Source: Geosiphon pyriformis uo1 (Eukaryota; Fungi; Glomeromycota). From it: 64,000 nucleotides of DNA. The translations under genes were made by a program, and so were the position numbers. Position 1 is the first letter of the stretch. Every line of letters starts with the position of its first letter. The stretch lies in contig JAAOMT010000230.1 of the NCBI GenBank assembly GCA_016748015.1, positions 124,001-188,000 on the forward strand, in the 5' to 3' direction. The notes beneath the pieces are model-generated. The model made no database searches. It was not told where the DNA came from and saw nothing but the letters and a program-made list of their open reading frames with translations. This document shows positions 24,701-38,953 of the stretch, in pieces.

Positions 24701-27700
24701 CTCTTGAAATACCTGTAGCATTTGAAGTAACATAGTTTGCAATAGTAATGAGTGTGCGTCCAGTAGTTTTTGTCTGGCACAACCCAAGCTCCCATTGAAG
24801 ACAACTTCTTGTTGCAGTCTTTATACTTGAGAGGAATATGCGGTGGCTCTGGTCTGGTGTTAGTTGAATAGGATCTTCCCCAGCTACTAGTGCTGGCTTT
24901 GGTGGTTTCATTGGTTTCAAGTCGGTTTTGTTCATTTCTTTTCCCTTTTTCTTGATTGTTTTCTTCTCACTCCCAGATTGATGGGTCTTCTTAATCATTG
25001 TTGATTTCTCAGGCTTGGTCAATGTTCCAGATAAGTTCTTTCTTTCCTTTTCTCTTTTCTTGGTCATTGTCATCTCAGGCGAGTATTGGTGATAGTTCAT
25101 TATGGTCAATATTAGCCCACAACACTTGATATGCTTTCCAGGTGGGTTTTGGCTTCTTTTTCTCCAAGTCAATTAATGGAGCTGGCATGTGACTGGGTTT
25201 GAAATGGCCACATGTTGCTGGTACTTGTGTGTGTTGGCTGTTTTTGCTAAGTTGCAACTCTTAAGTGGTCTAATTGAAGATGGCATTTGTTTTGGTAAGC
25301 CAGCTATTACCAACTAGTGCTTGGTACTAAATGGCTTCTATGACTAGTACTTTGATTGGGATAATTATGTCATTGACTTCTATAGGGAAGTCATTAATTT
25401 CACCAATAGGAGTTTTGGTTGCTCTATCAGCAGTAATGATTTTTGCACTGGCAGTTCAATTAACTCAGCGACCTAATTAATCTATGAGTTGTCTTGTAAT
25501 GATGCTGCCAGCTGATCCACTATCTAGGATCAGTTTGATGGGGTGGTCATTGACTTTCACATCAGTGTATATTGTCATGATGGGTTTTTTCTTTAAGACA
25601 GCTCCACTGAATAATAGTACCATTGTGGTTTCCTCAAATTTGAAAGAAAATATAGCAGCCAATGTTTTGTCATTAGTGATGGTGGCTGGAGGTATGTTGC
25701 TAGTAAGTACTGGTTGTTGATTGAATTCTGAGTTGTGGAAAGTGGCATCTTCTGGAGTAACCAAAAGACTTAAGTAGTGTTGGGAATTCAGATTTTGGGT
25801 GGAACCGGTACTCAAATTCCATTGACAAGAACCAGATTGTTGTGCTGATAAACTGGGGATTGGTTGATGAACTATCATTGCTGATCTCCAGTTTTGTTGT
25901 GTCATTCTTGGCCTTTGGGTTCTATTTTGAGGTGAGTTTTGTGGTGGTATTTGAATTTTGGGTGTTTGATAGATTAACTAGGGCTGTGGCTAATAAATTG
26001 TTGGTGGCTGCAGTTGATAGATAGTCTATGGTTGATATATTGGAGTTTGATATACTGGTGGTTGATAGATTGGCTGTTGTATTATGGACTGATAAGTCAG
26101 TTGATATAATGCTGGGTTAAATTAGTAATTCAGGGTTAGGAACTGGCAATTGGGGTTTCAATATTGATTTTCCGATCATTGATTATCTATTCTTAACCTA
26201 CAGTCAACTCTTAAATGCTCTTGTTTACCACAGTAGTGGCAAACATGTGTCTCCTGCTGCCACTGCTGATTGGTCGAGGATAATGGGTGCAACTGATTCT
26301 GGAAACGATTTGCGTTTCCTTGATTATTGCATCATTGTGGAGGTTGATAGATTGCTTGATTATTAGCTAAGTATTCCTCTAATTTTTGGTTGATAAACTC
26401 ATTGAATTGTTTCAACTTAGAATCCAATTCAGATGATCCATTCATCATTAGGTTTACAGCTTGAGTATGATTGGCCTCTAACTCTGCTGACTCGAAATCT
26501 CTGACATGTGTAACTGCATCTTGAAGGATGTTGGGATGCAATATGCATACATGCTGCAAAATGTTACTTTGCAGACCACGGATAAACTGGTTGAGGATTT
26601 GTGGCACTGTAAAATAGTTAGCGTCAATTGCTTAAATCTGTCACAGATTTCTATGGAATCATCCCAAGTAAGTGGTGACTGCTTCAGTTTCTTCTTGTTT
26701 GATAGTAATGAAAGTGTTGGCCAAGTGATTAATACTATTATTATTATTGAAATATCTTAAAAACTCCAGTTTGAATTTCTAGAAGATTTGTGGTCTGGCT
26801 GTTAGACTTTGATACTAGGAATCAGCAGTATCTTGGAGAAAGTATGAGATTGCTTGAAGGGCTCTTTGGTCATCCCAGTTATTTGCCATGATTGCTTTGG
26901 TGATGTCATTGATCCATGTTTGGGCATTGTCCTCTTTGCCGGTGAACTTTTCAAGTTTTGTGATTGGTACAAATGCCATGGGTTGTTGTTGTTGCTGTAG
27001 AGATAGTATTGGTGGCTGTTGAATTAGTTGTTGAATTGGTTCAATAATCGGTGCAATTGGTGGCTGATTGATGACAATTTCTAGAGGTAAGTTTTGCTGA
27101 TTGATTGTTTTGGGGTTTTGATTATCCTGAGTTGGCAGTGTCTGAATATTCAGAGTTTCAATTTCCAGGTTTTCTAGATTTAAATTTTGCTGAATTTAAG
27201 AATTCGGAGTTTCAAATTCTGGATTTTCAGTGATCGGGTTTTGGTAAGTAAATTCTTGATTCTTGGATTTTTTTTCCTCTTCCTCTTCTTGTTTTCCTTC
27301 TGATTCAGTGATTTCCCACAGACTCACTGTTCTGAAATCTGGTTGAGGTGGTGGAGATTGAAATCTTGATGGCATTGGTAATCTAGATTTAAATCCTTCA
27401 AAATATTCACCGTATAGTCTTAATAGATCCTCTTTCTTTTGTTTACTTTGAAATAGAAATTTTCCAAATGCTGATGTTGCAGTTGCTGTGAATGCACCTG
27501 TTGATGTTATATTGATGGCACTTCCGGGTGTATAATAGTATGATGAGTTGGTTGGTAATTCAACTTTTGTTTTCTTCCAAGTAGGTGGTTGTATCCTTTG
27601 GGGTGTTACTGCTGGTGTTTGTAGTTTTCTTTTACCTTTACTTACATAAGTAATTGGGTATTCTTTGCTGTATGTGGTGTTTGATTTCTTTGTTGATCTC

Positions 27701-27880
27701 AGTAATAATGGATGCAAAATTATGATTTGTTGATAGGCTGGTGTTTTGAATTAATTTGTTGTAAAAAGTTTCTCTTGCTGACTCAATATTTACTAATATA
27801 TCCAACAAATATGCAATTTTCTTGTTGATGTAGAAATTGAAGGCTGATTCTGCTGATATGTGATTATGATTTAATCCCAA
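21712..27880 (-). pseudogene. Element A Gag-PR-Cys-rich-dUTPase-RT-RNaseH polyprotein
   Basis: ORF-track fragments from 27717 to 21712 share one frame. Zinc knuckle CHYCGKQEHLRVDC, LILDSGS, AGFDL, RFCVDYRKLN, LDLNSGYWQV, RNYGTPELE. Confidence 0.88.
23545..23946 (-). other. Trimeric dUTPase domain in element A
   Basis: Motifs 1-5: DAGFDL, RSSL, GIIDVEYVG, KIAQ, REIQGFRSTD (decayed RGxxGFGSTG). Confidence 0.88.
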
Positions 27881-28014
27881 GTGTTGACAGTAGTGTTAAA
27901 ATAAAGATTTCACGAATCTTAAATGGTTTGCTCTTATACTTTCTGATTCTGCCACTGTTGATTAGTTGTTGGTGCTAGTTTTTTATAAGATTATACCTCA
28001 CAGGAAGCACCAAA

Positions 28015-28916
28015 TGTTACAGGTAATTATTTGGGGTCTCAAATCAAATAACAAATCCATAACTTGGTGCTCAATATCTTGACAAAGCTGGTGATACTGG
28101 TATGTTGGTTGTATCTGAAGGTTTTTAGAGTTGAGTCTTTTGTATAATAGACAGAGAATTAATTGATAGTTTTATCTATAGCTTCTCGAAACTGTAGTTT
28201 CATCAAATTTCTTTCTCAGTGTGGTGGTCAGTAATCTTCCTGGTAAGCTATCCTCAAATCTATGAGTGTTTTACCCTTGTTTTACAGGTCTTTTACCAGT
28301 CTCTATCACATCTGTATTTCAGTGCTTATTCCTTAATCAATTTTAGTAAAACCAAAGAAATAACAAAAGAAATAAAAAAAATAAAAAAAGATAAAGAAAT
28401 TAACAAAAAGCAATTACAAGTTAGTATCCCATCAATAGCCATAATTAAAAGCTATTGTTCCAGTGTGGTTAAGTATCAATTACTATCAACATAAAGTATT
28501 GATAGTAAAGAGTGGATTGAGATAGTAAATAATTATTTATTAATATTTGTGATTTAAAAAGTTGCTTAGATAAAATCTAAACAGAAAGGTTTTCTTTACT
28601 TTTTTTTTCTTTTTACTTCTAATGCTACCACTATATATACATAATTGATGTTCTACAAGATTGCTCATATTTCCGAGCAATGTACTATGATTTTTTGAGC
28701 AATGCTTATATTGCTAAGTAATGTGCTCTAATTTTCTAATATTGCTCCATATTGCTAAGCAATGTGCCGTGTTTTCTAACATTGCTCCACATTGCTGAGC
28801 AATGTGCCATGATTTCTGACATTGCTCCACATTGCTGAGCAATGTGCTCATGTGCTAAATACTATTCTCTTATTGGTCTGCTATTTTCCATATCTATTTT
28901 CTTTTTATAAGTAACA
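28015..28916 (-). repeat. 5' LTR of element A
   Basis: Adjacent to the PBS; repeat of 18664-19565. Confidence 0.95.
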
Positions 28917-31099
28917 CTGGAGGAGAGACATGAGAATCAGACACCAAAAGCATTAATTTCACAAAACACAATTTTTCCATAATAGCTGAAACCTGGTCTA
29001 TCAAAAGCTCCAAAGAGTGTTCCAGAGAAACCAATTGATCAACCAAGCATAAATCACCAAGAAAGTCAGAAACCAGCAAGCCAGGTTTAGCACCTAAAGA
29101 TAATCCAGTACCAAAAAAACTCAATGAAACTACACAAGAAGGAAAACTGCTAGCAACCTGTGCCCAAGTCTTCCTGCCAAAAAAAACTGGGTAAACAATT
29201 GGTGTCTGTTTCTTCTTATATATGTTGGCCAAATAGACCTGATCCTAAGGAGTTACCATCTACTTACCACATGCACCAGAATTTCTATCCAATGAACACA
29301 CTATAGAGATATGACCCAATTGTTTACACTTGGCACAACAAGTCAGAAAAAGACCAGCCCAGTGCAAATTCACACCCTTATAAACTGAAATAGAACCAAT
29401 AGCAGCCAATTTGGATGCCTTATTCTCAAAACAAACCACTACACATCTATCACGTACATAAGAATTAGGATTATGACCAATAAAACAGGTCTTCTCACCA
29501 TATGATTCAAGTAAATCAGACAAATCGTGAGCAGTAGTATCAACTGGTAAAGTATAGAGCAAAGTCCTATGCTGATTTCTAAATACCCAAGATTGTTTAT
29601 TCTCAATTGTCAAGGCAACTTGCACAGAATTCTTTTCCATGAAAACTGACCACTTGGAAGCAACTGAATTAGCTACTTCAGATAATTCATATTCGACCAA
29701 AGCTTTTTGCCACATGCCAATCAATTGTATTTTGATTGACACAATCTTTCCAAACTTAGAAAACACAGATTTCACAGCCAATTTGGAAAGATCAATCGGA
29801 ATCTCCTTGATGATCACCTCCTAATTTGAACAGTTGTTTACCTTTCTTAAATCATTATTAACCATAATTTTTTCACACATTGCTAATTTCTTAGTTTTAT
29901 TCAGACTAGATTTGGATGTAAATGAAGATTTTATGATCTCTGGGAATTTTGAGGGAGTAAAAGCTCTTCCAAAATCATTAATTCTATAAAAAAAATTTTT
30001 GATTGAAATTAACTATCACCAACAAATTTACCAGATACTGCAGAAAGCTCAATATCAAGTACAAAAGATTTGGTCGAATTGAAACTACATGCATCCAGAG
30101 CATGTGACTCAGATGGTAGTGTTACCAGAGGTTTTTGGTCTTTTTTTAGCTCTTGTATGTTTGTTGTAATGCTGTTAATTCATGACTATGAAAAGTGTTT
30201 GAACCTCCGATAACTGAATTTTATCTACAAATTATCTCCTATAATTTGAACTGCTGGGCTTATAAGTGGAATGGCCAATTTCGTGCCAGTTGCTTTGTGT
30301 AGTTGCGTTGTAGTAAATGTCAACTCTTTCCCAGGAATTGCTTATTTGGAAGCTCACTAAAAATGTGTAGTTATTTTGCTGTAAAAGTTAACTCTTCTAC
30401 AGGAATCTTGTCTATAGACTACTCTAATGATTGTAATAAAAAAATACAAGAAAATAAAAAAAATGTAAAAGAAATAGAATTTTGTCAAGGAAAACGTTTT
30501 CTATCCAGGCCTGGAGTTACTAACAGATTACTGAAATTGGTAGCTAATCAATTTCAAAATGTTAGTTGTGTTGAGGGAATTTCAAGTGTAATAATTAAAG
30601 AATTTGGTTTTTCAAATTATTTGATATTTATTTCTTTTTGTGTGTGTAGGAATAATTCTAAGTGATAAATCTAAAGTAAGATACATTTTTTTGAAAAAAG
30701 AAGCTCTTCTTTTATACAACTTGTTGTAACACTATTTTATGAATTTGAACTTTGCTCTTTTCTACAATTTTGCTGAACTAAAAATACATTTCAGAAAACT
30801 ACAAGTTATTTCTGTGAACTATTAGATATTTTGGTAAACTATCAATTATTTCAATAAATTTCTACCAATTTTGGTGAACTTTTTAAATGTTACATAGTTT
30901 GGGGTATTGCATGATTGATCATTGCAATTAGATTACATTTATGTTATGTGCAAATTGGGTTATTAATTAAATGATAATTTTGGATATTTTGCTAATATAA
31001 TAAGTAATAATTTAAATGATAATATATGTTAATTAATGATAGGAGTTATAAAGATAATTTCATGCTAAATATTATCTCTAATTTTGTCTGGTAACATAA

Positions 31100-31784
31100 C
31101 CTCCTCCTCAAGACTGAGCTCCATCGAAGTCCAAGTACTGTCTGTAATTTCCAGATAATAATCCAAAATTATTGAAGAAATTTGGTCTGAAAATTGTTGA
31201 AATTTCAGTTCTGTGAGCTTTCCAATGTATTAAATCTTTAAAGGTTGTAAAATTGGGTTTTGTAGGACGTTTTCACAGGTGTGAAATAGGTCATAAAGTC
31301 TAAGAGCAGTTCTTAGTTTATAATGACTGTTTGTAGGTTCAGCTGTTGTCTTGAATTCATTGTGGAGTTGTTTCCAAATAGCTTTTTTTGTAAGATTTGC
31401 TGCTGTAAGCTCCCATTTTCATTTGTGAAGTGTTTTTCCAATGTAGAAATATCTATATATTGGAGTATAGTTATAGTTTTCTTCATTAAGACACAGTTGA
31501 AGTTTTTGTTGAATAGTAGCATTTGGTAGAATACTAATAAGAGTGAGCATTAAGTTTTCTCTTAAATCAAGCTTTAAAAGTTCTGGCAGGTGAATTCCAG
31601 AATAACTTCTTGTGTTCTTCTTATATGGGTGATATTTTCGTGAATTTGGGACTAAATTTGTAACTACTTCTGTTTGGGTATAATTAATGTGGTTTCCAGT
31701 AATAGTAATGGATAATTCGGGTATTGTTTTTAAAGCTAACATTAGTTTTTGGGATAATTGTTGAATGTTTTAAGGAATAGTCAT
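31100..31784 (-). pseudogene. Element B ORF3, unknown function (MTIP*NIQQLSQKL...)
   Basis: Single frame including ORF 31419-31742, running to the PPT. Shares YFYIG, LRLYDLF and IGKLT..F motifs with ORF3 of A and D. Confidence 0.65.
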
Positions 31785-31894
31785 TATAAGAGATTTGAAA
31801 ATAAAAGAAAATTATTTTTGGTGTATGAGTTTATATGTTATTTTTGCTTTGTTTTTGTGAGGTTGTTTCTAAATTATAAGGAGATAAATTTAAG

Positions 31895-33280
31895 TTAAGT
31901 GTTCAAGTTGGGAGGTTGTTCAATGACAACTATTGGTTCTAAATTTTGGAAAATATCTTCAGGATTAATTAAAGAGGAATGTGTACCAATTTGTAGAATT
32001 AATGGTTCAGGATTGTTTCTGGAATTATAGTGTTTCAAACGATCTTTATGTGCAACTTTTGCTAGGATTTTGTTATTAAGTCTTAGCTTGTATAATCTGT
32101 TGCCTAGAACTTCATGGATAAAGAATGGTCCATCCCATTTATTTTCAAATTTCTCATTCCATTGTTTTTCAGCTTTAGTTCTGTGTAAGAAAACTTTGTT
32201 TCCAATTTTAAATCCATTGATGACTGGAGGCAATTTGTTGTCATGCCATTTTTTTTGTTGAGCTTGGAAGTGTTCAATATGGGTGGCTGTTATTTGTCAT
32301 TTTCCTTCCAACGTGCTAAGCAGAGTGTAGACTTTTTGTTGAAGTGTTTCTTGGAAATTGTTTTTATCAATTGGTTGTGCTGAGTATGTTTCTACTATGA
32401 AACTAATTGGTAATGTTGCTGTCCTTCCATAAGTTAAATCAAATAGTGTGTGTTTTGTGGTATCTTGTTTTAATGTTTTGTATGCTAGTAACACTGATAG
32501 AATAAAGATATTCCATTCTTGCTCAAAATCGGTTGAGACTTTGGCTAATGACTCACACAGTGTTCTGTTAAAACATTCCACAAATCCATTTGTCTATAGA
32601 TGGTAGAGTGAAGACAGAAGTCTTTTGACATTGAATTGTTCACAGATTTCTTGAATTAGATTGTTCACAAAATGTGTTCCTTGATTAGATAAAAGTTTGA
32701 TTGGGCATCCATGTCTACAGATAATGTCTTTATAGATGAAATTTGCTATTGATTTTGCATCTGCTTGTTGAATAACTCTGGCTTCGGGCCATTTAGTGAG
32801 ATAGTTTATGGCTACTGCAATATAACAGTTTCTTTGGTTTGTGATAGGTAGTGGTCCAACTAAATTGATACCAACTCAGTCAAAAAACTGTCCAACTTTG
32901 ATTGGATTTAAAGGTTCTGTAGAGTGAGTTCCTCTTCTTCTTTGACAATTATCACAAGATCTAACGTATTCATGAATGTCTTTTCTCATTTGAGGCCAAA
33001 AGTAATATTTTAGTGTTCTCTGAATGGTGCTGTCTTTTCCTAAATGTGCTGATAAAGGATCTGAGTACATGTTATATAAAATGGTTTCTTTTTTATGTTC
33101 TTGTATTAATCTGAGCAAATTATCTGGGTTTCTGATGTTTTGATAATAAATAATGTTGTTATGTAAGAAGTATTGTTTGGCTTGTTGTTGTAACTAATAT
33201 TTTTCATCTGGGGACCAATCTGTTGGAATTGTTAATGTCTCCAGATATTGTTTAAGATTGTTGTAGTTTTCAAGGTTCAT
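31895..33280 (-). pseudogene. Element B integrase, stand-alone ORF
   Basis: Starts MNLENYNNL. SDPLSAH..CDNC, DDE core, WDGPF..YKL tail. Confidence 0.85.
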
Positions 33281-33326
33281 TGTTTGTTGTTTTGTTGTTA
33301 ATTCAAATGGGTGTTGGTTTTGTATT

Positions 33327-36300
33327 CTAATCTTGTCTCATTCTTGAAAGACAATCAACATTGGTATAGAGTTTTTCTGGTTTGTGGTGTACAATATATC
33401 AGTAGTTGGCTAAAAATCCTGTTCATCAGGTTTGTTTTGCATTCAGCTAAGTGTTTTTGTTCTGAAACCATTTAAGTCCAATATTATCAGTAATAATATC
33501 AAATTCTTTGGGTCTGAGGTAAAGGTTGAAGTAATGTAGGGCCCAGATTACTGCTGCTGTTTCTAGTTCTGTGGCAGGGTAGTTTTTTTTAGCTGGTTTT
33601 AATGTTCTGCTAGCATAAGCAATTACTCGCTCATTTCTATTGTCATCTAATTGTGATAAGATGATACCAAAAACAGTATAAGAAGCATCTGTAGCTAGTC
33701 AAAATTGGTTACTGAAGTCTGGGTAGGTGAGAATTGGAGCTGTTGTCAGCTTTTCTTTGAGAATTTCAAAAGCTTTTTAGTGTTCTTCTGTCCATTTGTA
33801 TTTGACATTTTTTTTAGTAGTGAGCTGGTTGAGAGGTTTTGCAATTTCTGAGAATTTTTTGATGAATTTTCGGTAATAGGATGCTAATCCAATAAATCCT
33901 CTCAATTCTGTGGTATTTCGTGGGGTCTTGAAGTTCTTAACAATGCTGATTTTTCTGGGGTCTGGTTTAATTCCATCTTTGTTCACAATGTGGTCAAAAA
34001 AGGCCAAACTTGTTTTTCCAAAGTAGTATTTTTCAATGTTCAGTTTCAATTCTGCTTTTTGTAATCGTTGAAAAACTTCTCACAGGTGTTTTAAGTGTAA
34101 TTCAAAAGATAGTGAATAAACATTAGTATCATTGAGATAGACAACTACTGATTTTCAAAGGAGGTTTTTGTAAACAACATCTATGAGTCTTTGGAATGTT
34201 GCTGATGCATTGCATAATCCGAAAGGCATTACGTTGAACTCGTAATTTCCTCCTTGAGTAGTGAATGCTGTTTTGGGACAATCTTTGGGATCCATGGCAA
34301 CTTGCCAGTATTCGCTTTCTAGATCTAGTGTTGAAAAGTATTTGGCCTTTCCAAAGGCATCCAACATATTATTAATTTGGGGAAGGGGATAGGCATCTCC
34401 AATGGTGACATTATTGAGTTGTCAATAATCAACACAAAATCATATCTTTCCATTTTTTTTTTTAACTAAGACCACAGATGAGGCCCATGGACTCATTGAT
34501 GATTGAATAAGCCCATTGTTGAGCATTCGTTGTACTTTTTTGCAGATAAATTTGTGGCTTTCTGGAGCAACTCGGTAGGCTTGCTGTTGCTTTGGTTTGG
34601 CATCTTTTGTATAGATTTGGTGTTGAACCAAATTGGTTCTTCCTAAGTCATTGTTGTTTTCGGCAAAGATATCAGCAAATTCTGCAATTAGCTTTTTAAG
34701 CTGGTTTTGTTGTTGTGGTTCAAGTTGTTCCATGTTGATTCGAAATAGTTTTTCCATAACAACATGGTAGTTTTCAGAGCTGGGGCTTGAGTTGATTTTT
34801 GGTAGTAAATGTCCAATAATTTCAGAGAAATTGGGACTGTTTGAGGTAATTCTTGTTGAAAGATGTTACTGTGAATGATTCCAATTTCTAAGTTATTTAA
34901 TAAAACAATAAGATAATTGTTGGGATTGTAAAAAGTAACTTGGACTTTTTTTGTTCCTTCTGGAATATAAATGTTTGGGATCGAGATATTATGTTCCAAG
35001 CAGACTTGTTCATTGGATTTAAAAATTTGTTGTGTGATTGTTGGCTTTGGGCAGATGTAGATTTCCGAATGTTCTCTAAAGAGTGAAATAGTAATTGGTT
35101 GTGGAAGTCGTAGAATCTAGTGAGATTTATTTTGTTCATTAAGAGCTATGTTTACTGGAACTGTAAATTGTCCAGTTGAACCAAAACCTTGGGTTCCTTT
35201 TTTATTTTTTTCTAATAGTTCTCTTTGATTGACTAATTGTAAACCCGAAATGTTGATTAAGGGTAAATAAATGGCTTGGGCAATTTTCTTGGCATGTTCA
35301 ATCTTAAACAGCTTGTCAGTTTCATTTTGGAGTATTACTGTTATGTTATCAGTATATCCAGCATCGATTATTCCTCCTCTAACATTGATTCCTTTGCTTG
35401 CCAGAGAGGACCGGGAGGCAATTTGAACCATTCCTCCTAATGAGATTTCGAGAGCAATTTTGAGGTTGATTTTTGTGAGAGATTTGGGTTTGAGAATGAG
35501 AGTATTCTTGTTTGAATATCTTAGGTCATATCCAGCATTAATTTCATGTGTTTTTTCAGGTTTTATTCCTTGTCTGTTGTTGTTAAAGTATTTGAGTTGT
35601 AAGGCAGAGTAATTTTCAATGAGATAGATGGGTGTTGTTTTAATTTTTTCTGTTGCTTCAGATTCACCAAATTTGATTTCATATTCGTCACTTTCACTGG
35701 GTAATGGAATGCTAAGGGCATAGCATTCAAGACACCATTGTTTGTTGCATGGCATTATACACTTCTCACATAATTTAATGTTCATTTGCTCTAATCATTG
35801 AATTTGAGCTTCTTGGGTCGGATAAGTGTGACTTGCAATTTGGTGGTATACTTTTACTTCATCTTCATCTTCATAATCAAATCCAGCTAATTCTAATGTA
35901 TATTCAATATATTCAGCTTCCTTTATTTGAAGGACATTTTCCTTGGCTCCTCCGTTAATTAAAACCATGGCAAGTTCATAGATCATTTCGGCATCATGGG
36001 GGTAGTGATAGAGTTTGCTGAGGGCACTGTTGTATGTGGCATTGAAAGATGTTTCACATTTTATCTTTTCTGCAATAGAAAGAGCATATTGGCAAGTTTG
36101 ATTGCAGATTCCTTCTTTAAATGCGACATCAATCCAGTCACATTCATTGGGAAGCTGCTTTCCACAAGTAAGACAGGGTGTTCTATTCCATTTTCCACTT
36201 CTTTTGATCAAGTGGCCCCATCATTCTCGATGGCAGGCCTTGTAGTAGTAGCAGGTATGACTTTCATATTCTTCCTCAGGTAAAATACAAGCTCCCATTG

Positions 36301-38953
36301 ACAATAGTTTCTTGTGACAGTTCTTACATTTAAGGAGAATGTAGGAGTGTTGTTTCCTTGGTTTAGGCTTTGAGTAAGGGATATTCCATCCAGGGGTTTC
36401 AGATTCAGAGTGTGGAGTAAAATGTTTTTGTTCAGTTTCCTCGGCCCAATTGGACGTTGATCCAAGAGCCATGAATGTTTTGATTATTGGTTTTTCTTCT
36501 TCTGGTTTGAATTCAAAAGCTGGGGCTTTTTCGGAGCATTTGTTGAATGTACCACAAGTGGCAGGTACTTGGGCATGTTGTCCTTGGTAGGAGATTGTTA
36601 ACTCTTGTGTCTCCCAATTCAGATTAGCATTGGCTTTTTGGAGCCAATTGTTTCTGACGAGAGCTTGATATTGAAGAGCATCCATGACCAGAACTTTGAC
36701 TGGAATGGTAATTCCGTCAATTGTAAATAAGAAGTTGTCAATTTCTCCTACTGGAGTCTTTTTCATGCCATCAGCAGTAACAATGATTGTCTGAGCTGGT
36801 CGGTCAATATTTCTCTTTAGCTGCTGCATCAATTGATATGTGATGATGCTTCCGGTAGATCCACTGTCTAGGATCAAGTGAATTGGCTTTCCTTCTACTT
36901 TAGCTTTTGTGTACATTGCAGTGATGGCTTTTTGCTCGTTAGCTGCTGCATTGCTAAGCAAGAATGGTGATTTATTTGCTTCAAATTCAAAAGAGAATAT
37001 ATCTGAAAGGTTGGCATTTTTAGCAATTCTGGCTGGTGGGATTGTGATAGGAGTATAGGAAGGATTTTGTTGTCGTGCTGCAGCTCTACCTTCCAAGAGT
37101 GCAGTATAGTGAAAATTCTGTTCTTCAGGTATTGTTAAATAACTGGGTTGAGTGTAATAGTGGTTGGGTCTTGGTTGAGTGGAATTTCGGGGAACCAATT
37201 GGTTGTTCAAACTGATTCTATTGTTGTTTTCTTGGTATCAGTTTTGTGGTGTAAATTGATTTTGTGTAATCAATCTTTAAGCAGGTACCTGATAATGTGG
37301 CATGGGTGATTGTTGGTATTGCTGTTGGATTGGCTGTGAAGTGGGCTGATAATAGTTATTTTGGTATTGGGGTCTTGGTGGATAGTAAGCTGGTAGTGGT
37401 GGTTGATAATAAGATTGCTGTAGTGGAGGGTAACATTGATTACTTCTATTTTGTTGGTCTCATTGTAGCTTTCTGCAATTTTTTTTCCAGTGGTCAGAGA
37501 TTCCACAGTAATAGCAATTCTGAGGCTGGTTATTAGAGGATGATACAAAGTTGTTTTGATTCCATCTTTGGGGTGGTTGATATCTTTGGGGTGGCTGTAG
37601 TTGTTGGTTGGTGAAATAGTTTTCGACTTTCTTTGCGAGTTGGTCAATTTTCTCTTCAGCTGTTGAACTGGTTTCTCCAATGGCTAGGTTCACGAGTTTT
37701 GTATGATTGGCTTCTTCCATGGCCATTTTATATCTCTTTGCATGCTGAATGGCAGAGTTTAAATCTTCTGGGGCATGTGGGCAAACCTTTTTAATCAGTT
37801 TATTCTTTAAACCAGCAATAAATTAATCCAAGATTTGAGCATTAGAATAATAATCATTAGTTTCAAGTTGGCAAATTTGTCTGAGAAGTTTGTTGAATTT
37901 CCCAATATAAGTCATGACAGATTCAGAGGGTTCTTGTTTGATATTGCGAAAATGATTTTGAAGTGTGATTGAGGTGTTGTTATCAGTAAATTGTTCTAAG
38001 AAGGCAGTTTTGAAAGCTGTCCAGTCATTAAAAAGGGTGGTCAAGTTTTCAAACCATTTGCCTGCTGTTTTTTTGAGAAAGTAGAGAATTGTTCTTAACA
38101 TTCTGGCAGCATTCTATCTATTTGCATCTCCAGCTTTAGTAACTTGGTCGAGCCATTCTTGGGGACTGGTTTCAATGTCTTCTCCATTGAATTCAGGGAT
38201 TTTTGTGATGTATGCTGTCATTTTGTCTTCTTCGTTTTTACTGTCTATTGATTCTTCTTTAGATATTACAGAGTCGTTTTCTTTGTTCACTGCTGTCTCA
38301 GAGTGTTCACTTCAATTTTCAGCTAGAAAGTCAAGGAGATTAGAACTAGTTTGAAGGGGTTCTTGTTGTTTGGTGAGACTTCTGAATGATGTAAAATCTT
38401 CTAGTCTTGTAAATTGATTTAAGGATGAATTAGGTGTTTGTGCTTGTGCAAGTGAAGCTAGAAAAGATGTGATAATAAGTAGAAGTTTTGAACTGGTTCC
38501 TTGTTCAGGTGTTTGTAAGTGTTTGGCAGTTGTTTTTGGTAGTATTGGAGTATTTGTGGTGGTTTTTGAGTATTGCTTCAATTTTTGTTTGCATTTGTTG
38601 CTTGTTTCTGTCTTTGATTCAAAATCAATAGAGTATTGAGACTGTACTGGATATGTTTCTTTACAGTACTTGATAATGTTAAAATTAAGTTCTTGAAAGT
38701 AAGTGGCAAGTGTTTCACTGTTAAGGTCTTTAGTTCCCAACTGTGAATAGTGTACTAAATTATTGTAAAGGTTGCTTTTAACTTCTGAGATATTGTAATT
38801 TCTAAAAAGATAATTGTTGATGTGGTTTTCAATGTATTGGTATACTGATTTCTTGACAACTTCAATTCCATCTGGAATGTTGAATCTTTGCTTGCAGTGG
38901 GTGTAAATTGATTGGTAATACTCTAGAGTTGTTACATCTGGTGTGGTCACCAC
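33327..38953 (-). pseudogene. Element B Gag-PR-Cys-rich-dUTPase-RT-RNaseH polyprotein
   Basis: One frame from 38953 to ~34760, then one indel. CYYCGISDHWKKNC, LILDSGS, dUTPase at 35168-35569 (AGYDL, RSSL, GIIDAGY, KIAQ, GFGSTG), LDLESEYWQV. Confidence 0.88.

Larger units (their letters stand above)
18664..28916 (-). mobile_element. Ty3/Gypsy LTR retrotransposon A, full length and decayed, with dUTPase, separate integrase ORF and ORF3
   Basis: 902-bp LTRs at 18664-19565 and 28015-28916 (TGTTAC...GTAACA). 4-bp TSD TTGG/CTGG. PBS 27996-28012, PPT 19566-19581. Domain order PR-RT-RH-IN. Confidence 0.93.

Noticed and set aside
30303-30665. ORF inside LTR B (also 39182-39430) and similar LTR A ORFs
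   Set aside because: Non-ATG starts, differing stop positions or no counterpart in the sister LTR, and no recognisable domain. Recurrence is explained by LTR duplication.
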